A stretch of 25,520 bases of DNA from Candidatus Heimdallarchaeota archaeon. Lineage in GTDB: Archaea > Asgardarchaeota > Heimdallarchaeia > Heimdallarchaeales > Heimdallarchaeaceae. The notes beneath the pieces are model-generated. The model saw only the letters and a program-made list of their open reading frames with translations, made no database searches and was not told the DNA's origin. Below, one piece after another: positions 24,226-25,520 of the stretch (position 1 is the stretch's first letter; every line of letters starts with the position of its first letter). The position numbers were made by a program, and so were the translations under genes. The stretch spans positions 1 to 25,520 of the forward strand of contig JAEOSZ010000067.1 in NCBI GenBank assembly GCA_016840095.1, read 5' to 3'.

Positions 24226-24726
24226 ATGGATAATATTCTTACTAGAAGAAGCATTAGAAAATTTCGCAGTAATCATGTAACAGATGAGGATATTGAAAAA
24301 ATCCTTAGAGCAGCAATGAGTGCTCCTTCTGCAGCGAATAAACAACCGTGGGAATTTATAGTAATAAAGGATAGAAAGATTCTTGATAAAATACCAGAAT
24401 TTCACCCTTATGCTAAGATGTCTAGTGAAGCTTCAGTTGCAATAGTTGTCTGTGGAGATACAAGGAGATCAGATGATAGAGGTTTTTGGGTGCAAGATTG
24501 TGCAGCTGCATCACAAAACATCCTTTTAGCAGCAAACTCATTAGGATTAGGAAGTGTCTGGTGTGGAATCTATCCAAAAGAGGATTTAACTGTAAAATTC
24601 AAAGAGTTACTAAACTTACCAAAAAAAGTTTATCCGGTTTCATTTATCCCTATAGGATATCCAAATGAAGAAAAACCTCCATCAGAAAGGTTTGACAAAA
24701 ATAAAATCCATAAAGATAAGTGGTAA
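24226..24726 (+). CDS. nitroreductase family protein
   Basis: TRRSIRKF, APSAANKQPWEF, QDCAAASQNILLAA..LGLGSVWCG, IPIGYP. Confidence 0.95.
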   Translation: MDNILTRRSIRKFRSNHVTDEDIEKILRAAMSAPSAANKQPWEFIVIKDRKILDKIPEFHPYAKMSSEASVAIVVCGDTRRSDDRGFWVQDCAAASQNILLAANSLGLGSVWCGIYPKEDLTVKFKELLNLPKKVYPVSFIPIGYPNEEKPPSERFDKNKIHKDKW

Positions 24727-24755
24727 AAGAATACCAATGGTATAATTTATTTCAT

Positions 24756-25520
24756 TTATACCATTTTTGTAATAGCTTTCTCTCTATCAAAAATATTCGT
24801 TGCAAGCTTAAAGAAAATGAAGATCACAATTATCATAACACCTAATCCTATTAGAAGTGTCAATACTGTATTGAAGAAGAAACTAAACATTTCTGCTCCT
24901 ATAACCATAATTAATGGTAACACAACTAATGATCCTATTTGATATGAATCTCTTACACTTTTTACTTTTGTAGAAATCATTATCATCAATTCTACACTTA
25001 TTATAGAAAACATTGGACCGAAGACCAAAACGAAAATAAGCGATAGAAAATCTGGAAAGAGTATGTAACCCAGGAATGGATATAGCATTATATCTATCAA
25101 AATGATATATCCAGTAGCAGCTATAAAAGTGGCAAAAAATGAGGGAATCAATGAAGACAGAATTTTTGCAAAAACTATTTCAGTTTCTGTCATTGGAGAA
25201 GCTAGGATAGCTTCAATTGTTTTTCTCTCTTTTTCTCCAACTATTGTCTCTGAAGCTGTAACAGCTGGAATAATTATAGGAAGCATGAGTACAACAATGA
25301 ACATAGCATAAGATAGCATTATTAGGGTTTGAGTATGCATTGAAAGTGAAGACCAATTATCTATTGTTTTTGAGAATAAATTATCAATAAAAGTACCTAA
25401 ACCACCTTCCCCTTCAAAATCAGCAGGATCTGCTTTTGCAATAGGTAGAATTGTTCCTAAAGGCATAAGAATTGCAAATAAAAGAGGAATACCAATAACT
25501 GCAGAGAGAACATATTTTGA
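24756..25520 (-). CDS. ABC-2 type transporter permease (5'-partial)
   Basis: ETIVGEKERKTIEAILASPMT..EIVFAK motif and multiple TMs. The frame stays open from 25466 to the window edge (SKYVLSAVIGIPLLFAIL), so the true start lies outside the window. Confidence 0.9.
   Translation of the reverse strand, partial: SKYVLSAVIGIPLLFAILMPLGTILPIAKADPADFEGEGGLGTFIDNLFSKTIDNWSSLSMHTQTLIMLSYAMFIVVLMLPIIIPAVTASETIVGEKERKTIEAILASPMTETEIVFAKILSSLIPSFFATFIAATGYIILIDIMLYPFLGYILFPDFLSLIFVLVFGPMFSIISVELMIMISTKVKSVRDSYQIGSLVVLPLIMVIGAEMFSFFFNTVLTLLIGLGVMIIVIFIFFKLATNIFDREKAITKMV

Noticed and set aside
24118-24405. 95-aa minus-strand ORF upstream of the LLM gene
   Set aside because: It overlaps the nitroreductase antisense and crosses the divergent promoter region, with no motifs.

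Overview
This is an AT-rich, gene-dense archaeal chromosomal segment. The archaeal call rests on a nurA/herA/mre11/rad50 cluster, a geranylgeranyl-reductase-family gene, a VIT1/CCC1 (TIGR00267-like) gene, TATA-box promoters, GGTGA-type Shine-Dalgarno sites and apparently leaderless genes. The style of the secreted and C-terminally anchored proteins suggests an Asgard (Heimdallarchaeia-like) host, but that is inference, not a marker-gene result. Left half (accessory-like): a heterodimeric ABC exporter, two orphan secreted proteins sharing an upstream DNA motif, a transglutaminase-like protein, a membrane-anchored MBL-fold hydrolase, a DUF433/DUF5615-PIN toxin-antitoxin pair, a flavodoxin, and two paralogous membrane-anchored HExxH zinc peptidases with a duplicated promoter that flank an iron-sulfur flavoprotein. 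Right half: a GGR-like reductase, VIT1, a nurA-herA-mre11-rad50 operon with a rearranged order and several non-canonical motifs, a 494-aa orphan, a HAD-IIA phosphatase, an LLM-class oxidoreductase, a nitroreductase and a truncated ABC-2 permease. The best novelty candidate is the 494-aa orphan: a helical body, a 22-residue amphipathic-type repeat, a K/E linker and a terminal ELPPPPTEE that matches the Ena/VASP EVH1-ligand consensus. I saw no rRNA, tRNA, CRISPR array, transposase or integrase. All family calls come from motif recognition; no database search was run.
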